Shown: positions 20,235 through 30,180, counted from the stretch's first letter. The stretch: DNA of 64,000 nucleotides from an uncultured virus (IMG/VR IMGVR_UViG_3300001450_000027) (IMGVR_UViG_3300001450_000027:1-64000), one strand, 5' to 3'. The notes: generated from the sequence alone by a model not told the origin. Translations and numbers: made by a program.

Positions 20235-22091
20235 TTAGTATACTCTCCAAAGATTGTTAGCTACGTACATAAGGTTAACAGCAGCAAATGGTGATTCAAG
20301 AGTAATAAAATCAACACCATCAACTGTTTGAGAGCCAGCTTTCAGAATCTTAATACCATCAGCATGAACAGCAGCAGGCGCCTTAACATGAACAACTTGC
20401 CCAAGCTCCGGAGAAGCTGGAAGAGTCCAAGTACGAAGAGCAGTAGTATCAGCATTACCGTAGTTGAAACCAACTACTAAAGTTCTATCTGCATCTCCAT
20501 GCGCTGTGATAGCCTGTGCAACAGCACCTTCAAGATCACCGATGAATTTGTTAGCTTTGATATTAGAGAATGATGCACCTTTTTTAATTTGCATTTGGTC
20601 ACCAGCATGGTTCCAAGAAAAGGTCACATCATCAGCTCCCATCTCAATTGTCATACCAGCACCATCAGCAGCAGCAGAGTTAGCAGCGCCTTTGGCAACC
20701 TTAATATTCAAATCTTCTACTTCAAGAGTACTAGTGTTAAGAATAGTGTTGGTTCCGTTAACAGTCAAGTCACCACTAACAATTAAGTCACCAGAAAAAG
20801 TTCTGTTACCAGAGATAGTAGACTTAAGATCAAGACCATCGCCATCAACTTCAAGAGCACCAGCAGATCCTAAACGAAGAGCAGCAGAAATCTGACCGCC
20901 AGAATAACTCATATCCATTGAGTTACTATCAGCAATACTAAGATGCGCTCTTAATTCAGCAACACTCATTTGAGTGAAGGTATAAGCACCATCGTTATAA
21001 GCGATAGAACCTTCAGCTTTACCACCAGTGGTAGCAGCACTGAATTTACTCTTTGCATAAGTTGCAACACGAGACATAGCAGATTTTCTGTTTGTTCCGT
21101 CTGCGCCATCGTCAACGATGAACAAGTCAGCGTCTACAAGAGCAGCACCGATATCAGTTCCGCCGTCCATATCAAGAGCAGCAAGATCAACCTTGTTAGC
21201 AGTTGAGATTTTCAACATTTTGCTATCAGCAATAGAACCAGAAAGCATAGCGTTGGTAATACCAGCAGCTTTTACTCTAAGAGCATCAGAATTGATTTCG
21301 ATTGATGAAGCGTCAACTCCAACAGCAAGAACACCAGCAGAAGCAGCAATACCAGCACCAGCGATAGCGGCAGCGTAATCAGCCATAGATTCTTTTCTAA
21401 CGGCAGTTGCATCATTATCCCAGAAAGCAAAAGAGTCGCTAGCAACAGCAACATCAGCACCAGTCAATCCGCCAAAATCAAGCTTAACATCGTTAGCTTG
21501 AACATCGATACCACCATTAGCGGCACCAACAACAGCAAGAACACCAGCACTGTGAGTTAAACCAGCACCAGCAACAGCAGCTTCAAGACGAATACCAGAT
21601 CCGCCATTAAATTCAAGACCACCAGCGCCGTCAAGAACAACCTGAAGATCTGAAACAGCAGCAGCACCAGTATAAGCGCTCATAGCAAGACCTTTGTTGC
21701 TAGCAACATTAAGAGCATCAAGGTTTGCACCAAGAGCCTTACCAGAAATTGTAGAGTTAGAAAGCTTTCCGTTAGCGATAGAACCAGACAACATAGCATT
21801 GGTGATACCAGACGCTTTAATACGAATAGCAGATGCAGCAGATCCATTGAATGCAGAACCAGCGCTGAATTCGATAGAAGAGTCATCAACGGAAAGAGCA
21901 TCAAGGGCTGTACCAAGAGCTTTTCCAGAAATTGTAGTAGCAGCTAACTTAGCGATTGGGATTTCACCCGCATCGATTTGAGCTACAACATTAGCAGCGG
22001 TCGCATCATCGACGTCAGTTCCGACGATACCATCCTCTGCTTTGAATGAACCAGATGCAATCATTGCACCTAATTGAAATTTATAAGCCAT
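20235..22091 (-). CDS. Fibre-like virion protein
   Basis: MAYKFQLG; repeated GITNAMLSGSI and TISGKALG..LDAL; GDLTVNGT; C-terminal LPASPELG domain. Confidence 0.65.
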   Translation of the reverse strand: MAYKFQLGAMIASGSFKAEDGIVGTDVDDATAANVVAQIDAGEIPIAKLAATTISGKALGTALDALSVDDSSIEFSAGSAFNGSAASAIRIKASGITNAMLSGSIANGKLSNSTISGKALGANLDALNVASNKGLAMSAYTGAAAVSDLQVVLDGAGGLEFNGGSGIRLEAAVAGAGLTHSAGVLAVVGAANGGIDVQANDVKLDFGGLTGADVAVASDSFAFWDNDATAVRKESMADYAAAIAGAGIAASAGVLAVGVDASSIEINSDALRVKAAGITNAMLSGSIADSKMLKISTANKVDLAALDMDGGTDIGAALVDADLFIVDDGADGTNRKSAMSRVATYAKSKFSAATTGGKAEGSIAYNDGAYTFTQMSVAELRAHLSIADSNSMDMSYSGGQISAALRLGSAGALEVDGDGLDLKSTISGNRTFSGDLIVSGDLTVNGTNTILNTSTLEVEDLNIKVAKGAANSAAADGAGMTIEMGADDVTFSWNHAGDQMQIKKGASFSNIKANKFIGDLEGAVAQAITAHGDADRTLVVGFNYGNADTTALRTWTLPASPELGQVVHVKAPAAVHADGIKILKAGSQTVDGVDFITLESPFAAVNLMYVANNLWRVY

Positions 22092-22163
22092 ATTTTATTC
22101 CTCCAATATAGACTGGGAGCCCGCAGGCACCCGTTTATAAATAGATAGAAAAGATCTAATCGA

Positions 22164-23816
22164 TCAATATATGAAGTACTTATTATCTCCATTTGTGTAG
22201 ATATTAACTGACGAATACGGACTTTCTAATGTAATAATTCCGTTTCCATCAATTTGGTCACCATTCGACGCACTTATTACAATATTGTGGGTGTGACAAT
22301 TTCCACCCTCATCCTTAAAAATAAATGTTTGACCGGCTATACAAGCAGTAGCATCTGGTAAAGTCAACTTAACTGAAGCTGTTAAGGTATCGCTCTGCAC
22401 TCCTATCATATAATCTGTTTTTAGAACTTGATAATCCCAAGAAACAACTTTTCGTTTATAAGCCACACCACCATGAAACTGCATTTGGAAAGCTTTCATT
22501 TGAAATATTCTGTTGGGGTCCATCACGATCCCACGATCAAGCAGATGCATATGCCCGATATGGAAGCCCTTTGTAGCGCTACCAGAGCCGAACTTTAAAC
22601 TTCCTTCTGCAACACTTAGTGCCTCTCCACCAAAATAAACAGTGCTACTTGATACATAGAGTGATCTCCATTGTTTAGTTGGGGAACCTAAATCGTACAG
22701 ACTATCGGCACCCGGTAACAACGAGCCCGTCACAGTTAGTCCTTCCCCACTACTACCGCTACCGGATATTTCTGTCCACTTATTAAGTGTTATAGAGTGG
22801 TGTCCACCCACCGGTTCCGAAGTAGATATAGTACAGTGCTCCCCCAGATGCACAGACCCTGTCCCTACATGGATGGAATCCCACCGATTTGTTGGCGAAC
22901 CAAGAGAATAAATAGCAGAGCCAGATGGGTAAATGGAGCCAGTTATTGTCATAGTTCCTGATAAATTTAATGTAGAACCGTCAAACGTAAGGTTGTCAGA
23001 GCCACTAAGGACACCGGAGCCTGAGTGGAACTGTATCGCGTTGCTAGACCCAATTCCAACGTCTGAAACGTTCCCCCATGAACCTCCATTATTTTTGAAT
23101 TGTAAAGCCCCTGAGTTGTCCCTAAACCCATAACCACTACTACCAGTCGTAATCCCCCAGTTTATATATGAACTAGAAGAGAGGATTAAACCCCCCTCGA
23201 TAGAAAAAGGCTTGTTAACAATGATCGTGCCTGAAGCTTCACTAGTTTCGATCTTGCAATTGGGCCCCAGATGCACAGACCCAGTCCCAAGATACAGTTC
23301 GTTCCATCTTCGAGTCGGTGACCCTAAATCATAAATAGCAGAACCAGACGGATAGATTGATCCAGTTATAGCAATCGAGCCAGTTATCCTTAGCTCTGTC
23401 CCAACCAGTGTTACAACAGAGGACCCACTGATTTCCCCTCCACCGGTGTTGAATTGTAGAGAGTTGACGGGGCCCGCACCGGCAGCAGATGAGGTTATCA
23501 CCATATTACCACTGCTGTCTATACCCAAAAAACTTCCAACACCAGCAAGGGTACCAGAAATAGGATTAGATAATTTTATCCCAGATGAAGAAGTCAGAGC
23601 AGGAACAGCTAAGGCACCATTTTGGAAATTAAAACCACTATTTGAATCTAAGGCATAGTCGCCTTCGTGTGTTTTGTAGAATGGAATTAAAGCTACCGCT
23701 TCATTAAAAAGCTCAAACTGCTTTACATTTTCAAGGCCTGCTCCATCTCCAATGAAAGATCCACTAGATATTACACTGGTTGACGAGACACTTCCGCTTA
23801 AGACATTGTAACCCAT
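22164..23816 (-). CDS. Fibre-like virion protein with internal repeats
   Basis: Three GS..P.....Y.LGSPT..W units; SLQFN/AIQFH; C-terminal TLP...GQ.FIFKDE.G....IDG domain. Confidence 0.65.
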   Translation of the reverse strand: MGYNVLSGSVSSTSVISSGSFIGDGAGLENVKQFELFNEAVALIPFYKTHEGDYALDSNSGFNFQNGALAVPALTSSSGIKLSNPISGTLAGVGSFLGIDSSGNMVITSSAAGAGPVNSLQFNTGGGEISGSSVVTLVGTELRITGSIAITGSIYPSGSAIYDLGSPTRRWNELYLGTGSVHLGPNCKIETSEASGTIIVNKPFSIEGGLILSSSSYINWGITTGSSGYGFRDNSGALQFKNNGGSWGNVSDVGIGSSNAIQFHSGSGVLSGSDNLTFDGSTLNLSGTMTITGSIYPSGSAIYSLGSPTNRWDSIHVGTGSVHLGEHCTISTSEPVGGHHSITLNKWTEISGSGSSGEGLTVTGSLLPGADSLYDLGSPTKQWRSLYVSSSTVYFGGEALSVAEGSLKFGSGSATKGFHIGHMHLLDRGIVMDPNRIFQMKAFQMQFHGGVAYKRKVVSWDYQVLKTDYMIGVQSDTLTASVKLTLPDATACIAGQTFIFKDEGGNCHTHNIVISASNGDQIDGNGIITLESPYSSVNIYTNGDNKYFIY

Positions 23817-23829
23817 TCATGAAGCCTCC

Positions 23830-24438
23830 CTAATAGATGAACCACTTTGACGTGCCGTCACTATAAAGAGTTAACGCGGCACTATCTCCACTTATACAGT
23901 AAGTAGCAGTATGGTCTATTGTTTCTCCACCAGATGCTGATACTGCTATTTCGTTGGCGCTAGATCTAGTCGAACTCCACTCGTCTTTAATAATCAGTAC
24001 CCGCCCAAAACCAGCAGCAGCAGCCGATGGTAATTGTATCGCTACGTATGCACTAGAACTGACACCTATAATCGAATCATAAGCCGCAACTGTATGGGTT
24101 GCTCCGGTAAGTTTGTAATAATGTTGCCTAAGACCACCAGATACAATCGATACTGACCCTGTGAAGACATGAGTGTCTGTAGCGTCATCACCAAAGTTCG
24201 TACCACCACTAGATGAAATTTCAACTTTCGTTGTTTGGATCACATCAAGGGTATGTGCGGATATTGTACCACTTACTATAACAGACCCAGAAACAAACAA
24301 GGTATTAGAGCCAGTCGCAAAAGTAAAAGTATTACTACCACTAAGCTCGCCATTTTCAGTCTTGAGATACTGTATTGACTCTCTAGGTCCTTGACCTGTC
24401 ACTGCTCCTGATAAATATGCCCATCCAAATTCTGCCAT
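23830..24438 (-). CDS. Short fibre-like virion protein
   Basis: SSGGTNFGD..TDTHVFTGS; C-terminal LP.A...GR.LIIKDE...TID...LYSDG..KWFIY shared with its neighbour. Confidence 0.6.
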   Translation of the reverse strand: MAEFGWAYLSGAVTGQGPRESIQYLKTENGELSGSNTFTFATGSNTLFVSGSVIVSGTISAHTLDVIQTTKVEISSSGGTNFGDDATDTHVFTGSVSIVSGGLRQHYYKLTGATHTVAAYDSIIGVSSSAYVAIQLPSAAAAGFGRVLIIKDEWSSTRSSANEIAVSASGGETIDHTATYCISGDSAALTLYSDGTSKWFIY

Positions 24439-24453
24439 TATTAAATCCTATTA

Positions 24454-27400
24454 TTAGTCGTGTGTCGTGTCAACAAATAGCTGCCAATACCACAATGTTG
24501 CCCTGACTACCCCAGCACTGGGGGTGCCATTTAAAGTTAAACGAAGATGTTGTGCGGTGCCGATTCCAGCAGCCCCACTAAAGTTGTCGTTTGACCCGTG
24601 AACCGCAAATGTAAGAACGTCGTTTTGCTGCTCTAAAACATTATCTCCCAAATCCGAACCGCCAGTGTTACCGACGAGGCCGGGGAAAGTACTTGTTCCA
24701 ATTTTAATAATATGTTTGTTACTATCAATTTGAGTAGTAACCAAAATTGATATTGCTAAAGGAATAGCATTTGCTGGGAAAAAGCCGCTTGAATCTGTAG
24801 TAGTAGCGTCAGTGGCTAGTGTTATAGACACTTCTTTCATTTTTAGTGACCATCCAGCCCCGTTAGCACCATATAGTGCTTTAATAATGTCACCAGTTGA
24901 ATCTTGGTGAACTAGAAGCGGAACAGTACCAGTCGAGCTAGCATGGTCGTTTTTAATATGAACAAGATTATTCACATCGCTACCTGTGTTTCCACTGGCA
25001 TTTACGCTGACAAGTGTTCCATCATCTAAAGCAGTACCAGTACAAGTAATGTCTAAAGCGGTACCGCTTGTTAGAGCATCTGCGCTAAGCTCCAAAGCCT
25101 TACCAGTGGTAACTCCGTCTGCATTTAATTCGACTACAACTCCTGTTGTTTGTTCTGAATCAATTTTAACTGCGCGAGCGGCAGTACCAGCCGTTGCGTT
25201 AAAATCAACATCCAAACCAATGATTGCATTTGAGTCAGAAGCGTTAGAAGTTGACTTTTTGATTCTTACCATGGTGTAATCGTCTGTTGAAGTGCTATCT
25301 GCTTCAATATCTAAAAGTTTTGCACCGTCAAGGTTATTGCTCGAACTTTTAACTTCAACCGACTTGCCAGTTGTCAAAGCATCTGTGCTGATTTCTAATC
25401 CTTTACCAGTAGTCACACTGTCTGCTGTCAACACCATTGCTTTTTTGGTTGTTTGAGATGCAGATACGGTAATCCCGTTAACAGTAGTATCAGCCCCAGA
25501 GGCAAGAGTAATTCCACCAGCGGTAGACGTTATACCAATGGCAGCAGCGTTTGTGCCAGCATCGTTAAGCATTCTAATTGTTTGCGAGGTCCCAGCATCT
25601 GCGTGTAACAAAATACAATCTGCTGCATCTTCGTTTGCAACTACAATTGCTCTACCGCCCTCGGCCCAGAGATCTTTGGAATCATTCCATGAAAGACCTA
25701 TCCCTCCAACGTCTGAGAGAAGTTGTATAGCACCAGCAGCCGCTGCGCCATCAACTGTACTTTGATCTGCTTTAATAATAATCGTTTCGTTAGCTCCACC
25801 GTCAGCTTCAATCTGGATAGCACCAGCAAGATTTGATGTAGTTCGGAGACCGATACCACCAGCCAATGCTGTCAATTGAACTGCTGCGTCAGAGTTGGTA
25901 TCAGTCATTACGCCAGTAAGGCCAGTTGCCGTGATACCAACACCGCCGACATCAGAAACTAATAAGATAGAGGAGTTTTGGTGATCTTCACCAGTTCCTT
26001 GGTTAGAGTGAATTACGATTGTTTCGTTAACTCCGCCATCTGCTTCAAGTCTTATAGCGTTATCGCCATTAAAAGCAGAGCCCAAGCCAACCCCACCAAC
26101 GTCAGATACTAGCGCGATTGAGGCATTTACGACATTGGCAATATCTGCGGTTGCAACACCGGTTCCCTGATTGGAGCGAATTTGAATTGTCTCATTCGCA
26201 CCACCATTAGCTTCAAGGGCAATAGCGTTGTCAGCGTTGATTCCAGAATAAAGACCTATACCACCAGCATCAGAAATTAGATTGATTGATGCGTCTGTCG
26301 ATCCAGCCTTTGCGTTTACACCAGTTCCCTGATCTGAGTGGATTGAAATCGTTTCATTAGCTCCACCATCAGCTTCGATCTGAATAGCCCCTTCTAAGTT
26401 TGCGGTTGATCTGATACCAACACCACCAGCAGCAGCATGCATCTGAATGGCTGCATCGGAATTTCCGTCAGTCATTACACCCGTCAACCCAGTGGCTGTA
26501 AGGCAAATACCACCCACATCTGATACTAACTCAACTGAGGCATTTGCATTACCTTCACCAGTTCCCTGATCTGAATGAATTACGATTGTTTCGTCAGTAC
26601 CAGCGTTCGCTCTTAAATAAATTGAATTAGTGACATTGTGGGCACTTGTAAGAAGAAGTTGACCACCATCGATGGATACATCCTTGGCGTCATTACCAAC
26701 AATTGCGATACCACCATCATCAGACTGAACCACGATTGAAGCACTTTCTCCTTCGCCCGTTCCTTGATCGGAATGAATATTAATTGTTTCGGATGAGCCG
26801 CCATTTGCTCTTAAATAAATTGCGTTCGCGGCATCCTCTGTAGCTGTAAGGTTAATTGAAGCTGCTGAAGATATATCAATATCCTCTCCTGCTGCATTCC
26901 CCGTTGCTGTAATATCAATTCCACCAGCAGAAGTGCTAATCTGTAAAGCGTCTGCACCTGTACCAGTTGAGGATAGGATCAGGCTTGAGTCTGTGGCACC
27001 TGCTAAAGAAATAGTAAAGTCCTCAGCGGCGCCGTCTGTTGTAGATGTTATGTTTGCTGCGATCCCTGCCGAGTCAATAGACAAACCAACAGAATCAATG
27101 GTGACCAACCCAGAAGCATCAATATCAAGAGTTGAAGAATCAATGTCGAGTGCGACATCAGAGTCGCCACCAATTGTAATTGCTGAGCCGTCTATTGTTA
27201 CCGCTCCCGCAGCATCAATATCAAAAGCCCCATCTACAACAAAACCAACATTCGCAGCGGTTCCACCTGCATCGACAGTTGTCACTGTGAGTGTTCCATT
27301 CGCCCCGGCAGCAATTGTTGCTGTATCGCCAGAAGAAGGAGTCATCACAATCGAATCATCAGTTATAACTGTTGATCCAACTGTTACACCAGCATCACAT

Positions 27401-27951
27401 GTGAGAGTACCAGCACTATCTAATGTCATTTGCTCCGTCAAGGTCCCGTTAAGGGAGGTTGAAAACACCATATTGGAATCTTGCGTTCCTGCTGTTGCTG
27501 TAAATGCCGCTTCTTTCTTTACGGCTATTTTAGCAGCGTCAACAGCGGTTCCACCAGTGTCTTCAAGATCAAATTGTATAGAGACAATACCAGTAGTGTT
27601 ATTAGCGTCACTCTGATTCACAAGCTTGAGGGCAATAAGTTCTCCATCTGTATCTTTAGAGACTACCTGTCCTTCTGTAAAGGTGTTGGCAGTGCCCGTG
27701 TCGGCTCCACCACCAGATGAAACACTAGCCCAGACGCTCTTTGAGCCATCCCATTTAAGGAAATAGCCGCTTGTTGAGGTCGATTGGCCTAGCTTAGTAA
27801 CGTGACCAGAGCCATCGACTGTGATTGCAGCAACACCTCCGGCTTCTTTTATTGATCCACCGTCATCTAATGTTACGTCTCCGTCAACAGTAATATTGGT
27901 AACTGTTGCGCTAGCGCCTAATGCCGATGGTGATGCTTTAAAATTTCCCAT
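24454..27951 (-). CDS. Long repeat-containing fibre/spike protein (1165 aa)
   Basis: About 6-7 tandem AI.L.A.GG.NETI.IHSDQGTG...SI.L.SDxGGI units; C-terminal TTGKAL repeats suggest a beta-helix. Confidence 0.65.
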   Translation of the reverse strand: MGNFKASPSALGASATVTNITVDGDVTLDDGGSIKEAGGVAAITVDGSGHVTKLGQSTSTSGYFLKWDGSKSVWASVSSGGGADTGTANTFTEGQVVSKDTDGELIALKLVNQSDANNTTGIVSIQFDLEDTGGTAVDAAKIAVKKEAAFTATAGTQDSNMVFSTSLNGTLTEQMTLDSAGTLTCDAGVTVGSTVITDDSIVMTPSSGDTATIAAGANGTLTVTTVDAGGTAANVGFVVDGAFDIDAAGAVTIDGSAITIGGDSDVALDIDSSTLDIDASGLVTIDSVGLSIDSAGIAANITSTTDGAAEDFTISLAGATDSSLILSSTGTGADALQISTSAGGIDITATGNAAGEDIDISSAASINLTATEDAANAIYLRANGGSSETINIHSDQGTGEGESASIVVQSDDGGIAIVGNDAKDVSIDGGQLLLTSAHNVTNSIYLRANAGTDETIVIHSDQGTGEGNANASVELVSDVGGICLTATGLTGVMTDGNSDAAIQMHAAAGGVGIRSTANLEGAIQIEADGGANETISIHSDQGTGVNAKAGSTDASINLISDAGGIGLYSGINADNAIALEANGGANETIQIRSNQGTGVATADIANVVNASIALVSDVGGVGLGSAFNGDNAIRLEADGGVNETIVIHSNQGTGEDHQNSSILLVSDVGGVGITATGLTGVMTDTNSDAAVQLTALAGGIGLRTTSNLAGAIQIEADGGANETIIIKADQSTVDGAAAAGAIQLLSDVGGIGLSWNDSKDLWAEGGRAIVVANEDAADCILLHADAGTSQTIRMLNDAGTNAAAIGITSTAGGITLASGADTTVNGITVSASQTTKKAMVLTADSVTTGKGLEISTDALTTGKSVEVKSSSNNLDGAKLLDIEADSTSTDDYTMVRIKKSTSNASDSNAIIGLDVDFNATAGTAARAVKIDSEQTTGVVVELNADGVTTGKALELSADALTSGTALDITCTGTALDDGTLVSVNASGNTGSDVNNLVHIKNDHASSTGTVPLLVHQDSTGDIIKALYGANGAGWSLKMKEVSITLATDATTTDSSGFFPANAIPLAISILVTTQIDSNKHIIKIGTSTFPGLVGNTGGSDLGDNVLEQQNDVLTFAVHGSNDNFSGAAGIGTAQHLRLTLNGTPSAGVVRATLWYWQLFVDTTHD

Positions 27952-27955
27952 AGTC

Positions 27956-28399
27956 TTACTCCGTTACCCCAGATCCAGTCAAATGATACATTGACCCTAC
28001 CGGGATTGATGTTAATTCAGCGAAAATTTCATATGTCGAACCATCAACGGATGAAAGGTACACGTTCTTTGATTTTACATCTAGTGTAACAGAACCATCA
28101 CCTTTTGGAACAGTTACGAAGTGAAATGTTGCAAAAACATCACAGGCAGAATCAATAGTTTGCTCACCAGTAGCACCGGGAACGGTAATTGCCGTTGTCC
28201 CAGATCCACTTTGAAAATGTATTCTCATATCGTTAGTCGCACCAGTATTGATTACTGTTATTGATCTACAAACATATGGGAACTCAATTAGTTGGCATTT
28301 GTTTGCTCCGATGGTTGAGCCACTCATAAAAGGGTGGCCTGAAATTTGATAGGACCCAACATTTCTTAGCCCGCTTGTGTATTTAAAATTTGATGACAT
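27956..28399 (-). CDS. Small virion protein (hypothetical)
   Basis: GLRNVGSYQISG.P; first gene after a putative late-promoter motif, at the head of the fibre cluster. Confidence 0.5.
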   Translation of the reverse strand: MSSNFKYTSGLRNVGSYQISGHPFMSGSTIGANKCQLIEFPYVCRSITVINTGATNDMRIHFQSGSGTTAITVPGATGEQTIDSACDVFATFHFVTVPKGDGSVTLDVKSKNVYLSSVDGSTYEIFAELTSIPVGSMYHLTGSGVTE

Positions 28400-28441
28400 T
28401 GATCATTTTCTCCAATTCTTTTGAAATTCTTATATAAATAG

Positions 28442-28648
28442 TTATCTTTTTTGTTTTGCGAGTTCTTTTGCTCGTCTTCTGTCGGAGCGCTTTTTGGCTC
28501 TCCTTCTTTTTTCAGAGGGCTTCATGTAACTTTGCTTATCTCTGTAATCGTCGAGAATACCAAGTTTTTTTATTTTCTTGCTAAATCGCTTGATAACTCG
28601 TTCTATATTTTCATTTCGCCTTGGATAGACGACTAGATTTGTAGCCAT
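28442..28648 (-). CDS. rpsU: Ribosomal protein bS21
   Basis: 68 aa; V..R.NENIERVIKRFSKKIKKLGIL.DYRDKQSYMKPSEKRRR matches the bS21 pattern (E.xE.AL+RFK+, Y.KPS..R+). Confidence 0.9.
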   Translation of the reverse strand: MATNLVVYPRRNENIERVIKRFSKKIKKLGILDDYRDKQSYMKPSEKRRRAKKRSDRRRAKELAKQKR

Positions 28649-29076
28649 TATTTCTTTCCCATCATTTTGTTAAATATTGTAGAAGATTTGTTTCCAAATA
28701 TATTTGATATATCAACCCCCGGATCTTTTGGGTCTAAACCAGATAATGCCCCCTGATTACCATTTCCAGCAGGAGAAGGCGCAGGAGTTGTACCTTCAAA
28801 AATGTTGATTCCACCGTATGCTTCAGCGCCAATTGCGTCTAAAAGTTTCTTCTTATGCTCTTTGAGAGCGTGATTGACTTTCTTCCGTGAAGTGTATTCC
28901 GGCTGTAGGTTCTTTTCCGGCAGTGATTCTGTTACCACTTGTTTTTTAGTTAAATGTAAGCCGTCAACAACTTCACTTATTATATGTGATAAGGCTCCCT
29001 TTTCTTCGAATACAACTTCTTTTATGCATTCTTTGATTAAAGGCTTTAGTATTTTTTTAATTTCGTTTTTATTCAT
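28648..29076 (-). CDS. Hypothetical head-module protein
   Basis: LKPLIKECIKEV.FEE, FEGT.P, DPGVDIS; coupled to the protease and bS21 genes. Confidence 0.6.
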   Translation of the reverse strand: MNKNEIKKILKPLIKECIKEVVFEEKGALSHIISEVVDGLHLTKKQVVTESLPEKNLQPEYTSRKKVNHALKEHKKKLLDAIGAEAYGGINIFEGTTPAPSPAGNGNQGALSGLDPKDPGVDISNIFGNKSSTIFNKMMGKK

Positions 29077-29699
29077 TAGTCTCTCAAAATTTTGTTAAAC
29101 AAATCATCAATAATTAGATCACTCTTCCGCTTTATTTTGCTTTCGTACATCTTTGGTGACTCACTTTGTTGGTTTTTAGGATACATATAAGCGTCAGGTG
29201 TTGAAGGTTCGGATACAATGTCGAAACAAATTAGTTCAAAATCTTCTTGAACAATGGTGCCTTCACGGCTTTCCTTTACAGAGCCGAGGCCCCGACTTGA
29301 TATACCAAGCTTTATACCAGACTCGACAAGTCCTTTTAGAATATTACCAGATGGTGTATCAAGGATCTTTATCTTACCCATTACATCTTTTCCTTCCCAC
29401 CACATGTCTGTTATAACGTGGGATACGTTTCTGAGGTTGATTATGGAATCATCTGGGTGGTCTAATTCTCCCAAGGCCCTGTTGTCTTTAATAACATTTT
29501 GATAATTTTGCACTTCTTTTCTAAGAACATCGCAAGGATAAATTCTCCCATTACCGTTTTTCATTTCACAGGTTTGCATTCTCCCTGATAGATAAACGGT
29601 ACCATTGGACACTTCTCTCTTTTCTCGCTCAGTTAAAAGATCTTGGCATATACCATCTTTGCAAAGTTCGTAAAATTCTGTTAAAAGTTTTTTAGCCAT
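29076..29699 (-). CDS. Prohead maturation protease (T4 gp21-like)
   Basis: KNGNGRIYP, RALGELDHP, SH, ILDTPSG, LGISSRGLGS, D.VSEPSTPDA. Confidence 0.95.
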   Translation of the reverse strand: MAKKLLTEFYELCKDGICQDLLTEREKREVSNGTVYLSGRMQTCEMKNGNGRIYPCDVLRKEVQNYQNVIKDNRALGELDHPDDSIINLRNVSHVITDMWWEGKDVMGKIKILDTPSGNILKGLVESGIKLGISSRGLGSVKESREGTIVQEDFELICFDIVSEPSTPDAYMYPKNQQSESPKMYESKIKRKSDLIIDDLFNKILRD

Positions 29700-29708
29700 A
29701 GTATTCTC

Positions 29709-30080
29709 CTAATTGCCACGATAATAGGTTTGTGGGCTCAACACCTCTTGCTTTCCATCTGAAAATACGACTTCAATTGTACCACCGTGCATTGGAATAA
29801 TTTGTGTTATTTTTGGCACATCATCACCGATATTCCAGTTCGGGTGAAGTTTATAAAGTTTGCGAACCATTTTCAAGCCAAGGTTCAAATCCATAAACTC
29901 TTTATTTGTCATTCTTGCTAGATTCTCAAGCTTTTGCCAAGGTTCTACGACTACCGGGGGACTCTCGGGGGAGGGAGATACTGGCTGTACCTTGGTTTCG
30001 CCACCGAAAAGGCCTTGTTGATATGCCTCTTTTAATTCTTTTTTAATCATTTCTCTCAATAATTTTGCTGTTAGTTTCAT
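29709..30080 (-). CDS. Hypothetical protein with N-terminal MKLT...IKKEL helix
   Basis: Clean ORF; N-terminal motif shared with other ORFs in the window. Confidence 0.6.
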   Translation of the reverse strand: MKLTAKLLREMIKKELKEAYQQGLFGGETKVQPVSPSPESPPVVVEPWQKLENLARMTNKEFMDLNLGLKMVRKLYKLHPNWNIGDDVPKITQIIPMHGGTIEVVFSDGKQEVLSPQTYYRGN

Positions 30081-30094
30081 TTTGGGGTTCCTTA

Positions 30095-30123
30095 AAAGTA
30101 AAAAGTGGGGGCGCTACCCCCAC
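30095..30123 (-). terminator. Intrinsic terminator
   Basis: GUGGGGG-UAGCG-CCCCCAC then UUUUUACUUUU. Confidence 0.8.
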
Positions 30124-30126
30124 GAG

Positions 30127-30180
30127 TCAGCTTCCGCTACAGCAACGTCTTACTGGTTGAAGCATCCATTTCTTAGTCAT
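30127..30180 (-). CDS. 17-aa peptide MTKKWMLQPVRRCCSGS
   Basis: AGGAG SD upstream of ATG 30180; overlaps the upstream stop; terminator immediately follows. Confidence 0.5.
   Translation of the reverse strand: MTKKWMLQPVRRCCSGS

Noticed and set aside
14088..27951. Diversity-generating retroelement acting on the fibre repeats
   Set aside because: No reverse transcriptase in the window; the repeats are in-frame coding duplications and I saw no separate template repeat.
28431..28440. Plus-strand T4 late promoter TATAAATA driving antisense RNA
   Set aside because: Better explained as one copy of the motif that consistently sits upstream of minus-strand genes; no plus-strand gene follows. Antisense transcription cannot be fully excluded.
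30105..30129. UGA followed by a hairpin as a selenocysteine SECIS
   Set aside because: The hairpin is a short GC stem followed by a U tract, i.e. a normal terminator; the read-through sequence is unremarkable.
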